Positions 25,015-34,263 of a stretch of 40,542 bases of DNA are shown here, piece after piece. The stretch is from a virus. Numbering within the stretch: the stretch's first letter is position 1; every line of letters begins with the position of its first letter. The translations under genes and the position numbers were made by a program. The notes beneath the pieces are model-generated. The model was given only the letters and a program-made list of their open reading frames with translations, was not told where the DNA came from and searched no databases. The DNA lies in the UHGV virus genome UHGV-0192375; one strand, 5' to 3'.

Positions 25015-27131
25015 AGCCAGCCTCCTCCCCTACCGGAAGATCCCAGCCAGCTGCCGGAAAGCGTGTTTTCTTTCTCAGGCTCAGCCCTGACTTGTGGCTG
25101 AACGGTTTTGTTTTTTTTCACGGTTATCTCCCTGGGGCGTTCCCCTTCATGAATATTTGGGTTGAGATCCTGCGGCTCAGCCCATGCAGGAGGTTTTTCC
25201 CAGTCGCGAATTTTTTCGTAGCCGCGCAGAACCGCGACGGCGTGGGCATAGCAGAACAGGTCAAAGGCTTCGTTGGCGCCCTTGCCTGGCTTACGCCATT
25301 TGCCATCCACGCCGCGCTCTTCGTAGGTGAGTTCCTCGTAGAACCACTCCCCCAGCCAGTCGGGAAAATGGATATAGCCTGCTCCGGGAGTCTCACGATC
25401 AAGGTTATTGCTGAGCTGATCCTTGAGCAGGTCGGTTTGCAGCAGATACACCGGCACCTCGCCACGCGCATCAGCGCGACGGTCACTGCGTTCGGTATTA
25501 TTCGGGTGAGTTTTGGTAATAATTTTCTGGCGTTTTGTGCTGTCGCCCTTGATCAGATAGACACGTTTACCCAGACCATCCCGGCGACACTGGCGCCAGA
25601 ATTTATAGGCATTATCTGTCACCCCTTCCTCACCGCCGCTGTCGACGGCCATGGCCAGCACCGGCATACGCCGCGTCGGGTCAGAATGAAGTGTGTAAGT
25701 TTTTTCCAGCACATCGGAGACAAGCAACTGCCAGTCCTCCGGATACGCGCCGGGGTGAACTGGCTCCGCCTCGCCATGTTCATTGCAGCGCAGGGACTGG
25801 CGGATGTTGTAGCGATCCACCAGCCAGCGTTCACCGTTTTCGCCATAACCAATTATCTGCACGACGAAACGGCGCTTTTTCCCGCCCTGAACGTCGACGG
25901 CTGCCAGCAGGAAACGCACCTTCGGCGGAACCATGCGTTTACCGTAATCCTCCGCACGCTGCATCAGCACATCGGCGCGTCGCTGTTCGCTGGCCGAGCG
26001 CGGCAGGTATGGCAGCCCCCAGTCGGTGTTGATAACCGCCTTGAGGGTTTCTTCGCTGCCGGTAGCCTCATACTCCTGCTCAGCAGTCAGCAGTTTGTAC
26101 ACCAGCTGCGCCCAGGTCTGGTACGCGGCTGCGGGCCCCTCCATCCAGAACGACGCTATGCGCGAACGGCGTGGCTCACCGGAGATCTTGCCGTCCCGGT
26201 CAATACTCTGACCTTCACGCAACCAGACACCCACCCCGTTGAGCTCGCGCTTTTTATCTGCGGTGATAATGGTGCTGCAATGCGGACAAAGCAGATGAGC
26301 CGACTCACTGGCTTTTACCGGATCAGGTTCATCGCGGTATCCGGTCATCGCCTCCATCGCAGGCTGAAAATATTCACCACAATGCGGGCACGGCCAGTAC
26401 CAGCGACGGCGATCTCCACGGTTGTACAGCGAAAGCGCGCCTGTCGTTGGTGGTGCTTCATGGGGAGATTTTCGGCGCCATTTGCTGTCGCGAATGTCCC
26501 GGCCTGGCGAACACTCCACCAGAGTCATCCCGGCGGACATAAAGGTGGTGGTACGCTTGGAAGCCAGGGTAAAACCGTCACCCTCGCCATCAATGTCCTC
26601 AGGGAAGCGGTCATAATCGGTGAGCGCTACACACTTGAAATCTGACGAGGACATGATGTTGATGGAAGGCCAGCCAATCTTGAGATAGTTGCCCGCCAGA
26701 AAAGTACGATCATGCACGTTGTTGTCGTTTCGCAACGGGCTCAGGCGTTTCGCCACTTCAGGACTGACACGAAACGTTCTCGCCAGACGTTTTTTAGAGT
26801 GTTCACGCGCTTTCTCTTCGGTCATCTGAACGACGAGCATATCGGACGGGTCACAGACAATGTTGTATACAACCCAGCCATCCACCAGGCCTATCGTTTT
26901 CCCCGTTCGTGCCGGTCCAACAAACACCACCGCATCGTATTCACGCATCGCGAGGCAGTTCATCGGCTCTATCACATAGGGAGCGACAGCAGGGTCCCAC
27001 GGTACCGAGTTACCGGCTCCCATAGGTACGCGCATAAATTTTTGAACCGCCTCAGCCACAGGCATACGGCGCGGGGCTTTGAGAATGGCGGAAGCGTTAC
27101 GCCTGACTTCCGCTGCCGTGGCCTGTCGCAT
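25011..27131 (-). CDS. Terminase large subunit (lambda gpA family)
   Basis: 706 aa; Walker A-like VGPARTGKT; gpA-family architecture. Confidence 0.92.
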   Translation of the reverse strand: MRQATAAEVRRNASAILKAPRRMPVAEAVQKFMRVPMGAGNSVPWDPAVAPYVIEPMNCLAMREYDAVVFVGPARTGKTIGLVDGWVVYNIVCDPSDMLVVQMTEEKAREHSKKRLARTFRVSPEVAKRLSPLRNDNNVHDRTFLAGNYLKIGWPSINIMSSSDFKCVALTDYDRFPEDIDGEGDGFTLASKRTTTFMSAGMTLVECSPGRDIRDSKWRRKSPHEAPPTTGALSLYNRGDRRRWYWPCPHCGEYFQPAMEAMTGYRDEPDPVKASESAHLLCPHCSTIITADKKRELNGVGVWLREGQSIDRDGKISGEPRRSRIASFWMEGPAAAYQTWAQLVYKLLTAEQEYEATGSEETLKAVINTDWGLPYLPRSASEQRRADVLMQRAEDYGKRMVPPKVRFLLAAVDVQGGKKRRFVVQIIGYGENGERWLVDRYNIRQSLRCNEHGEAEPVHPGAYPEDWQLLVSDVLEKTYTLHSDPTRRMPVLAMAVDSGGEEGVTDNAYKFWRQCRRDGLGKRVYLIKGDSTKRQKIITKTHPNNTERSDRRADARGEVPVYLLQTDLLKDQLSNNLDRETPGAGYIHFPDWLGEWFYEELTYEERGVDGKWRKPGKGANEAFDLFCYAHAVAVLRGYEKIRDWEKPPAWAEPQDLNPNIHEGERPREITVKKNKTVQPQVRAEPEKENTLSGSWLGSSGRGGGWL

Positions 27132-27134
27132 GAT

Positions 27135-27650
27135 TTACTCCTCTTCTGGCATATCCTCCTGTTCTGGTGAGTCGGCCTGCTCAACTTTGAGGGCTATCTG
27201 GTCGCGCAGATCGTCAATAACCTGCTGCACCCTGACAACTGCGGAAGGGGTCATGGCGCAGTCTCGTTCAAGAATGTCGGGTAACGTCTCCAGCACCTGA
27301 ACCATTGCTTTTGCCATGGAGGAAAATTCTCTGGTGACTTCTGACGCCGGGATCAGCTCCCCTGTTTCCTGCTGAAATTTGAGCCTTTCACGCTCCGACT
27401 GAAACCAGGCTTTACGATCAGGGGGAAGCATTTTATCGACGTCCACCAGCTCCGACGGTGTGGTACTCGTCAGCAACTCCCTGAGGATATCGGTGATGGC
27501 ATAAAGCTTATGTTTCGGATTGCTGCCCGGTGCCGGCTGAACATTTGCAAGCTTGCTCGCGACCGTCTGGCGGTGCAGATCGGTAATGGCTGCCAGCTGC
27601 GTGATATTCAGCCGAAAATTTTTGAGTTCGTTATCCATGATGGTGAACAA
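27135..27650 (-). CDS. Terminase small subunit (Nu1-like, N-terminal HTH)
   Basis: Position upstream of gpA; HTH LNITQLAAITDLHRQTVASKL; acidic C-terminus. Confidence 0.8.
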   Translation of the reverse strand: MFTIMDNELKNFRLNITQLAAITDLHRQTVASKLANVQPAPGSNPKHKLYAITDILRELLTSTTPSELVDVDKMLPPDRKAWFQSERERLKFQQETGELIPASEVTREFSSMAKAMVQVLETLPDILERDCAMTPSAVVRVQQVIDDLRDQIALKVEQADSPEQEDMPEEE

Positions 27651-28042
27651 AAAATAGTCATTTCGACATCCTGCTAATGATCAGGACCGAAATATCAAGA
27701 GGTTAAACAGATGATGATGAAACCCATAAAATGCAAAAAACTAGCCGTTTCCCGCGTGTCCTCGCCCCCTCGGTGTTCCAAATCACCAGGAGTACCTTTT
27801 ACAAATGAGAGCCATTTTCATCTGCACCGTGATGCCAGGAGAGCGGCACCCTTGCTGATCGCTGCCGCCAGAGCTTCAGCAAGCAGTTCCGACGGTATGC
27901 CTGGTAATCGGACAACCCAGTAAGCCCTGGCTCACAGCTGAAAGACTTTCTTCGGTGTGCGCGTGCGATGCGCATGAAAAAACTACCCGCGAGTGTGTGA
28001 CACAATGATATTCTTCCCATTTCTAAACAAGAGAGGTTAAAC

Positions 28043-28276
28043 ATGGAAATTGAACCATTTACTGTCAACGATACTGCCGTTAGAAATAGCGCGTTAGAAG
28101 TCGTTGTGCGTAGCCTGCTCGCTACATTGGATGCTCAGCAGGCGAAGGATCTCATGGCAAATTTAGAGAAAACCTTTGCTGTCATCGAAAAAGTGCAACC
28201 AGAAGCGACAATACAGATTAATGAAGTTGTTCGTCAGGCTGCTTTTGATATTGCTTCAGCAGCAACTGATCGTTAG
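28043..28276 (+). CDS. Moron gene (77 aa) antisense to the late operon in the Rz-cos (lambda bor) slot
   Basis: Own GAGAGG RBS, upstream promoter-like sequence and downstream terminator; no recognisable domain. Confidence 0.6.
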   Translation: MEIEPFTVNDTAVRNSALEVVVRSLLATLDAQQAKDLMANLEKTFAVIEKVQPEATIQINEVVRQAAFDIASAATDR

Positions 28277-28323
28277 ATGTAGCTGCTGAAGCACTGCGCT
28301 GATTGTAATTGTCTAATACTGAA

Positions 28324-28351
28324 GGGGCCGTATTACTGGCCTCTTTTTTTC
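28324..28351 (+). terminator. Terminator for the antisense moron
   Basis: GGCC-N8-GGCC hairpin followed by CTCTTTTTTT. Confidence 0.5.
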
Positions 28352-28554
28352 TGGCAGTTCGCCTGCCACGCTTTGTTATGCGCCAGAATGTCGCGCTTGG
28401 TTTGCTTATCCAGGACGTCAATATCGTGGTTTGTCACGTAGATAATCCGGGTCCACAGGCAGCCCGTATCAATCACCTCCGGGACGGGTGAAGTTTCCGC
28501 GCAGCTCGCGATCAACATCGTCATCAGGCATGTGATTAACAGTCTGCTGGACAT
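28333..28554 (-). CDS. o-spanin (Rz1-like outer-membrane lipoprotein), +1 frame overlapping Rz
   Basis: MSSRLLITCLMTMLIASC lipobox signal; Pro-rich mature part; overlaps the Rz 3' end. Confidence 0.65.
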   Translation of the reverse strand: MSSRLLITCLMTMLIASCAETSPVPEVIDTGCLWTRIIYVTNHDIDVLDKQTKRDILAHNKAWQANCQKKRGQ

Positions 28555-28747
28555 TACTGGCCTCTTTAGTGACTTCCGCTTTACGTTCTGACGCCGCAAC
28601 GGCAGCCGCTGCGTTCTCTTCGGTGCGCTGCTGTTTGGCTTTTGCTTCTGCTTTTCCGCGACCGCGTACATTCCCGGCCAAAAAACCACTGAGCGCGACG
28701 GCCACCAGCGCAGCAATACCGCCTAATATCATTTCGATGATGCTCAT
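28469..28747 (-). CDS. i-spanin (Rz-like)
   Basis: N-terminal TMD (IIEMILGGIAALVAVALSGFLA) then a charged coiled-coil region; GAGGTG RBS. Confidence 0.75.
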   Translation of the reverse strand: MSIIEMILGGIAALVAVALSGFLAGNVRGRGKAEAKAKQQRTEENAAAAVAASERKAEVTKEASNVQQTVNHMPDDDVDRELRGNFTRPGGD

Positions 28748-28754
28748 AGCCACC

Positions 28755-29384
28755 TCAGACCAGCACTGATTTAGCAAGGTTGAATAGCTTCCGCCGCTTT
28801 TCCAGCCCGTTACTGCCGCCGTTGATAAGCAGCGTTACGCGTTCCACATCGCCGGAGTGAAGCAGGCAACCTCGGGAAACATAAAACCACGCAGCTGAGC
28901 GAGCGGCGTTCTCGTCCACCTCCAGCAATTCAGGCTGTGTCACCAAATCCAGCTTCAGCGCCTGACCGCAGCTGCGGTAGTTGCTCAGCCCGGTAATTTG
29001 CTTCAGCCCGCGCCCGCGATATTTCCAGCCGTCGCCCGCTATCTGATTACCCAGATTCTTTTTCCCCCACTCGCCACCGTAGACAAGATTGGCGATCGCT
29101 TTCTGGTTGGCCGGTTGCGTTGCCGTTCTGCCGAGCGCGGCGGCCTGCTGGGGAGTGATGCGGTGCCCGCCGAATGTGGGGACCAGGTTCTCCGCCGCAT
29201 AGTTCAGGCTTTCCACCAGCCGGGTAAACCCGCCGGATTCATGCCCCATTTGTGCGATAAACATGGCCTGATCGAGCGGCGCGGTAATGCCGAATTCCCT
29301 CATAACCTTGTCAATCTGCGGAAACCAGCGCGCAGCCAGCCCGGCGCTGATACCTGCCGCCTTTTGAAATTGTGTTTGGTTCAC
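28755..29384 (-). CDS. Endolysin, glycoside hydrolase family 19 (chitinase-like lysozyme)
   Basis: FIAQMGHESGGF and GRGLKQITGLSNY motifs of GH19 phage endolysins. Confidence 0.85.
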   Translation of the reverse strand: MNQTQFQKAAGISAGLAARWFPQIDKVMREFGITAPLDQAMFIAQMGHESGGFTRLVESLNYAAENLVPTFGGHRITPQQAAALGRTATQPANQKAIANLVYGGEWGKKNLGNQIAGDGWKYRGRGLKQITGLSNYRSCGQALKLDLVTQPELLEVDENAARSAAWFYVSRGCLLHSGDVERVTLLINGGSNGLEKRRKLFNLAKSVLV

Positions 29385-29677
29385 GTTGTGCTCTCTCCAG
29401 TAATGCGAGCGATATTGCCGCCCGCACGCCAGACAGCAACGCAGACAACAACATTGATGAGGATTTCACCGTAATCGACCTGAACGTAGTCACCATGCCA
29501 GATTCGAAAGGCTGTATAGGCTGGTGCCAGAATGAGGGCGTAAGCGAGGAGTTCCATTAGCCGCCGACGCCGCATACCCCGTTTCCTGAAGAACATCAGA
29601 CGTATCGGGATCATGATGCAGGCCACTGCGTTAAGGTGAAGCAGCAGCCATGGAAAGTTCTGCATTAGCCACGTCAT
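29381..29677 (-). CDS. Lysis-associated membrane protein (second holin/antiholin candidate)
   Basis: 98 aa; 2-3 TMDs; between the holin and endolysin genes. Confidence 0.5.
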   Translation of the reverse strand: MTWLMQNFPWLLLHLNAVACIMIPIRLMFFRKRGMRRRRLMELLAYALILAPAYTAFRIWHGDYVQVDYGEILINVVVCVAVWRAGGNIARITGESTT

Positions 29678-30078
29678 TCTTCCCCCTTCAGACCGGGTAA
29701 GTTTCCGGTCCGTGAGCGCTTGAGCACCCTGAGCAGAACAGTCACTGAAACCGTGGATGCCGCCAGCGCGCCAATCGCAGGTGAAACTTTTATGCTGACA
29801 GGCGGGCTAAGCTGATTCAGTCCGGCGTTGATAAGGGCGGCGATAATTTCTGAAGCAGTACCGGCACAGTAAACACCACCGATGAAAGAAATCAGCGCAA
29901 AAATAATCTGCTTCCAGATTTTATGGTCCTCAGAACTGAGGATGTACAGCGCCGCCCCAGCGAGTGAGCAAACCATTACCGCAGGTGTGGCTTCAGGAAA
30001 CAGCGTGGCGAAAGTAATTCCGGTAGTACCGGCGGCCACGCCTGCCGTTACCGTTGCAGATATTGGTTCTGCGGACAT
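29674..30078 (-). CDS. Holin
   Basis: 134 aa; multiple TMDs; charged C-terminus; first gene after pR'/tR'. Confidence 0.7.
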   Translation of the reverse strand: MSAEPISATVTAGVAAGTTGITFATLFPEATPAVMVCSLAGAALYILSSEDHKIWKQIIFALISFIGGVYCAGTASEIIAALINAGLNQLSPPVSIKVSPAIGALAASTVSVTVLLRVLKRSRTGNLPGLKGEE

Positions 30079-30252
30079 TTAGCCCCCTCTTCTTGCTGTG
30101 GATCCTCTCAGAAAAATTGAGGGGAAAGAAAAAAGGCCACCGGATGGCAGCCTTCTGAAAGATATTTGAATTGGTAAATCAGGTGAGATCGACGATATGA
30201 CAGGGGTACTGGTGCAATGCACCTTCGCGAATACCCCTGTCGTATCGCCGGA

Positions 30253-30279
30253 TAACAAAAAACCCCGGCAGGCGGGGTT
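30253..30279 (-). terminator. tR'-like intrinsic terminator downstream of the Q gene (target of late antitermination)
   Basis: Minus strand CCCCGCCTGCCGGGG hairpin followed by TTTTTTGTT; lies between Q and the lysis genes. Confidence 0.7.
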
Positions 30280-30416
30280 TCAAGTTTTTTCAAATTGTCG
30301 CTTTACATCGCTGCCATCGTGGCGCAGCTCTGCCAAGCATGAATAGATTATCTGATTTTCTGGCCCGTTTTCAATGTTTCATCGCACAAATAGCACTTTT
30401 TGCTAAACCGTGACGC

Positions 30417-31025
30417 TCATGAAATTTCTTTCAGAGCATTCCGCGCTGACAAAAAAACCTTTGCCCTGAATATTTCCAGGCACCAGCGCACCCGCTTTCT
30501 GGCTTCCGAATCTGTCAACCACGGTGCCAGATGCTGCAAATCTCTGGTGATGTCCGCTATTTTCTTACGCGTGGTGTAATACTGACGTCCAACGATATAA
30601 ACAGGATCTTTCAAATCAAACGCCAGAAGAATAACGTTCTCCATGAATTTAGCGTCATCACTGCTCATAGCCTGGTCAATTACACTGACCGGGGATTCAG
30701 GCCAGAGTATTGAGCGCGCGCGCCTCATTGCCTGCTCGCCACGGTAACCTTCCTCCCTTGCCTGGTTCAAAGCCGCGGTAAAACGCTCCAGTGCTTTATC
30801 AGACCAATTCTTGCCTCTGAGCACATTCCAGCACGAATGACCACACGGTTTCGCTGGGGCCGTACCGCCGCGAACAAATTCGCCCCATACAGTCAGAAGC
30901 GATTTAATCCACCCGGACTGAATATCATTAAGGAGAATACTTTTACCCAGCCAGCTCTTACGTGGGGCCATTGCTGCTTTACCCAGCGCTTCAATATGAT
31001 TACGGCGTTGACGTGGTGTCATCAT
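30417..31025 (-). CDS. Late-gene antiterminator Q-like protein
   Basis: Position between the nin-like region/DUF968 gene and the lysis cassette; Cys/His cluster; AAGGA RBS. Confidence 0.55.
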   Translation of the reverse strand: MMTPRQRRNHIEALGKAAMAPRKSWLGKSILLNDIQSGWIKSLLTVWGEFVRGGTAPAKPCGHSCWNVLRGKNWSDKALERFTAALNQAREEGYRGEQAMRRARSILWPESPVSVIDQAMSSDDAKFMENVILLAFDLKDPVYIVGRQYYTTRKKIADITRDLQHLAPWLTDSEARKRVRWCLEIFRAKVFLSARNALKEIS

Positions 31026-31034
31026 CTTTAATCC

Positions 31035-32054
31035 TTACGCCAGAACGCCGAGCGCGTAGGCCCGGTCCAGCACTTTAATAATCATCTCCGGCTGCGAGCC
31101 ATATTTACGCTCGAATGCCCGCCGGTCGTTATGCAGTTCGTTATGATGTTTACGGCAGAGTGGGATCGCGAAAATGTCATGGGCTTTGGTTGCCATGCCA
31201 CCCTGCCCCCATCCAATTAAGTGGTGTGGGTCATCTGACTGCTGCTGGCAGCATTCGCATGGTTGAGTTTTCACCCAATCAAGATATTCGCGACACTCCC
31301 AGCGCAGACGTTTAGGGCGACGCATGAAGGACTGCGGAGGAGCAGGATCCACCAGCACACCCACCAGCGGTTCGGCCATGATGTCAGGTACGTCAACAGC
31401 GGCGACTTTCTCAGCGAGAATGCTGGTGGCCGGTATCCCTGGCGTTATATCACTTTCGCGCCCAATCTTGCTGTCCTCCGGCAGGCGAAGCGCTTCACGG
31501 GCCGCAAATTCGGGAAGTGCTTCAGTAACGCCGGCACGAACTGCCCACCAGCTGAGTTCTGCGAGCGAGATCTCCCTGGCCTTGTCCATGCCAAGAGAAA
31601 TACGGACAGAATCGAGAACAAATGCGATTACATTCCGGCACGCCAGCTCAGCCAGTGCCTCAGTGTGTTGATCACGTAACTCATTGTCGCAGTAGCCGCA
31701 TAGCAGAATCGAGCCGGGTTCATGATGCATTACGGTCATCTCATGATAGTGATAATCGCCATGAGGGTTCTGGCACTTGCCCCCACCGTAGTGGAGCAAC
31801 CAGTAATCAAGCCCACGTATACCGCCCGCAGCACGAATGACATTCTCATTCAGAAAGAAAGTTCTTAGTTGCTCGTTTTCAGCTAACGGTTGCCGTGCAT
31901 CAGGAACGCGGCCTGTCTGGTATCCCGACATGCTTGCAGGCTGACGTTCGATCAAGACTCTTCCGCTCCCAAACAAACTCAGCAGCTCCTTGCCTGGCTT
32001 CAGCAACACAACACCTAATTCACGAACAATCACCGGATGTAACAGAGCGCGCAT
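31035..32054 (-). CDS. DUF968-family prophage protein (YdfU-like) with C-terminal HNH/zinc-finger-like motif
   Basis: C-terminal CECC...HHLIGW...AIPLCRKHHNELH block; sits beside the Q gene as ydfU does in the E. coli Qin prophage. Confidence 0.65.
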   Translation of the reverse strand: MRALLHPVIVRELGVVLLKPGKELLSLFGSGRVLIERQPASMSGYQTGRVPDARQPLAENEQLRTFFLNENVIRAAGGIRGLDYWLLHYGGGKCQNPHGDYHYHEMTVMHHEPGSILLCGYCDNELRDQHTEALAELACRNVIAFVLDSVRISLGMDKAREISLAELSWWAVRAGVTEALPEFAAREALRLPEDSKIGRESDITPGIPATSILAEKVAAVDVPDIMAEPLVGVLVDPAPPQSFMRRPKRLRWECREYLDWVKTQPCECCQQQSDDPHHLIGWGQGGMATKAHDIFAIPLCRKHHNELHNDRRAFERKYGSQPEMIIKVLDRAYALGVLA

Positions 32055-32061
32055 CCCTATT

Positions 32062-32262
32062 TTACCTCCGCCCGCGTGAACGCATGTTTTGCTGTGCTCT
32101 CTGCGATGAGACGAACTGAGGAAGATATGCGCTGACTAACCAGAACCGCGGATCTATATCGAGGCTTTTCTCGACGGTTACGCCATTGGATTCGTAGCGA
32201 GCTACCAGCTCATTAGCTTCTTCCGTTGTCAGTCCGGTGTGGGTGAACCAGCTTTTTTTCAT
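32062..32262 (-). CDS. Hypothetical protein (66 aa)
   Basis: ORF tightly packed in the operon; start overlaps the stop of the upstream gene. Confidence 0.45.
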   Translation of the reverse strand: MKKSWFTHTGLTTEEANELVARYESNGVTVEKSLDIDPRFWLVSAYLPQFVSSQRAQQNMRSRGRR

Positions 32263-32660
32263 TGGATGGCCCCGGATAATTTCAGATATTCAATTGCACG
32301 AGCCCGGGCGCCGGGTTCGTTGTTGAGCAGCTCACGCAGTAACTGAACGGCCATAACCGGTTCTTTACGCCCGTTAATGCGGATCCCGCGAGAGGTTCCT
32401 GGTGCCAGTGTGATAATGCGTTTTCGCTCTAATGCACGGAGGTGGGTCAGCGCTGCGTTAGGTGAAGCAACACCAAGCAGATTCGCCAGTTCCTGACAGG
32501 TTGGAGGGTAGCCATGCGTATTCACAAAATCCACGAGCAGATCCAACACTTCCTGTTGTCTCGGGGTAAGTTGTGTCTCAGGGGATATAGTTAAGCCGGC
32601 GCAGCCTGAAAGCTCGCCAGCAGGAATTGAGTTCAATTTTGTCTTGGTTGTTTGCGCCAT
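32259..32660 (-). CDS. LexA-like protein consisting only of a LexA N-terminal winged-helix DNA-binding domain (133 aa); no S24 peptidase/dimerisation domain and no Ala-Gly cleavage site
   Basis: aa 31-100 LTPRQQEVLDLLVDFVNTHGYPPTCQELANLLGVASPNAALTHLRALERKRIITLAPGTSRGIRI align closely with E. coli LexA 4-70 ([64 protein letters not shown]); GGAGA RBS. Confidence 0.8.
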   Translation of the reverse strand: MAQTTKTKLNSIPAGELSGCAGLTISPETQLTPRQQEVLDLLVDFVNTHGYPPTCQELANLLGVASPNAALTHLRALERKRIITLAPGTSRGIRINGRKEPVMAVQLLRELLNNEPGARARAIEYLKLSGAIQ

Positions 32661-32704
32661 GGTTTTTCTCCAGTGGCGCAGCAGGTGCCGGTTGTTCAGG
32701 CCAG

Positions 32705-32938
32705 CTACGAGAGTATACCAGAGGGCGGAGAAGGACGGTAGCCAGCCTTCTCCAGCATTTTGGTGAAGAGGGACGGAGAGCCAACTATCTCATCTTCTCT
32801 GAGAGGCATGAACGAAAACATGTCCCCTTTGCGATACATCAGGGCGCGGTCGCACCGAGGGAAGTTTTCAAAGTAAGCTATAACCGCCCTGTCCGCACAA
32901 CGAATTAACGCAAAACCGGTATCCGGTAGATCCTCCAT
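32705..32938 (-). CDS. Hypothetical protein (77 aa)
   Basis: ORF between recA and the LexA-like gene. Confidence 0.45.
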   Translation of the reverse strand: MEDLPDTGFALIRCADRAVIAYFENFPRCDRALMYRKGDMFSFMPLREDEIVGSPSLFTKMLEKAGYRPSPPSGILS

Positions 32939-32976
32939 GCCCCCTCCTCTTAATCTTTCTCTCTACCAGTTCCGCA

Positions 32977-34086
32977 TTACTCGTTTTCAAAGGTGTCAGT
33001 CACTTCTAAGGTTTCCTCGACTGAAGCGCTCTGAATTGCGGTTAAATCAGGATCGTTGTTAAGTGCTTTTTCCCGGATCTGCCCCTCAATTTCAGCAGCT
33101 ATATCGGGATGCTCGTTAAGCCAGGTGACGGCGTTATTACGGCCATTACCAAGCTTTTCACCAAGGTAGTCGTACCATGCACCTGTTTTATTTATCAATT
33201 TAAGCTTCACGCCAAGCTCAAGAATTTCATCGGAACGAGAAATCCCTTGACCGAACATGAGACGGTAGGATGCCTGTTTGAATGGTGGTGAAACTTTATT
33301 TTTGACGACTTTTATCGTGGTGTCTTTACCGGTGATCTGGTCACCTTCTTTGATGGTTCGTGATCTGACGTCGAGGCGAACGGAGGCGTAAAATTTAAGG
33401 GCGTTTCCGCCGGTAGTAGTTTCAGGATTACCGAACATGACCCCTATTTTCATGCGTAACTGGTTGATGAAAATAACGATGGTTTTTGTTTTACTGACCT
33501 CTCCCGCAAGTTTGCGCATGGCTTGCCCCATCATTCGCGCCTGAAGTCCCATCTGCGCATCCCCTATTTCACCTTCAAGCTCAGACTTAGGCACCAGGGC
33601 AGCCACGGAATCTACGACAATCAGGCCAACGGCTCCGGAACGAACCAGCGCATCTGTAATTTCAAGTGCCTGTTCGCCGGTGTCAGGCTGGGATATGAGC
33701 AAATTATCAATATCCACACCTAACTGCTGTGCATATCGGGGATCAAGAGCATGCTCAGCATCGATGAAAGCACACTGTCGGCCTTCACGCTGTGCGCTGG
33801 CAATCGCAGAAAGCGCTACCGTAGTTTTACCAGATGACTCTGGGCCGTAAATTTCAGAGATACGCCCAACCGGAAAACCACCACCCAGGGCAATATCCAA
33901 CCCGAGGGAACCAGTTGGAACCATTTCAACATTTAAATGTGAACCGTCACCAAGACGCATAATGGCTCCCTTGCCAAAGGCTTTTTCGATCTGTCCCATT
34001 GCAGCTGTGAGCGCCTTTTCTTTTTCTTCCCTTGTTGATGGTTTTGTTTTGTCGGACAGAACAGGTTTTTTCTTATCAACGGCCAT
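32977..34086 (-). CDS. recA: RecA recombinase paralog encoded by the prophage
   Basis: Full-length collinear similarity to E. coli RecA, including Walker [11 protein letters not shown]1/L2 loops and C-terminal acidic tail; GAGGAG RBS. Confidence 0.95.
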   Translation of the reverse strand: MAVDKKKPVLSDKTKPSTREEKEKALTAAMGQIEKAFGKGAIMRLGDGSHLNVEMVPTGSLGLDIALGGGFPVGRISEIYGPESSGKTTVALSAIASAQREGRQCAFIDAEHALDPRYAQQLGVDIDNLLISQPDTGEQALEITDALVRSGAVGLIVVDSVAALVPKSELEGEIGDAQMGLQARMMGQAMRKLAGEVSKTKTIVIFINQLRMKIGVMFGNPETTTGGNALKFYASVRLDVRSRTIKEGDQITGKDTTIKVVKNKVSPPFKQASYRLMFGQGISRSDEILELGVKLKLINKTGAWYDYLGEKLGNGRNNAVTWLNEHPDIAAEIEGQIREKALNNDPDLTAIQSASVEETLEVTDTFENE

Positions 34087-34115
34087 AGCAGAATCTCCTC
34101 ATCTCACACGAATAG

Positions 34116-34150
34116 CTGTATGAATATACATACTGGATATAAAAACAGTA
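34116..34150 (-). promoter_or_regulatory. SOS (LexA) box(es) in the recA promoter: TACTGTTTTTATATCCAGTA (minus strand, 34131-34150) and the adjacent weaker ATGTATATTCATACAG (34116-34131)
   Basis: CTG-N10-CAG core with an AT-rich spacer, 17/20 match to the TACTGTATATATATACAGTA consensus; sits between a TTGATC -35-like hexamer and the RBS, as in the E. coli recA promoter. Confidence 0.7.
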
Positions 34151-34237
34151 CACCCAAAAATAAAAATGATCAACCCGCATAAAGCACTTTTTGCCAAAGC
34201 CAGTTATATGTTTCTCATGGATTTTTTTTCGTACAGA

Positions 34238-34263
34238 CATAAAAAACCCGCCTGTGGCGGGTT
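34238..34263 (-). terminator. Intrinsic terminator downstream of the C5-methyltransferase gene, upstream of the recA promoter
   Basis: Minus strand AACCCGCCACAGGCGGGTT hairpin followed by TTTTTTAT. Confidence 0.65.

Noticed and set aside
27711-27923. Calling the 70-aa + strand ORF a confident gene
   Set aside because: Low-complexity Ala/Ser/Pro-rich translation. Only the duplicated RBS context supports it, so it is noted under findings rather than as a feature.
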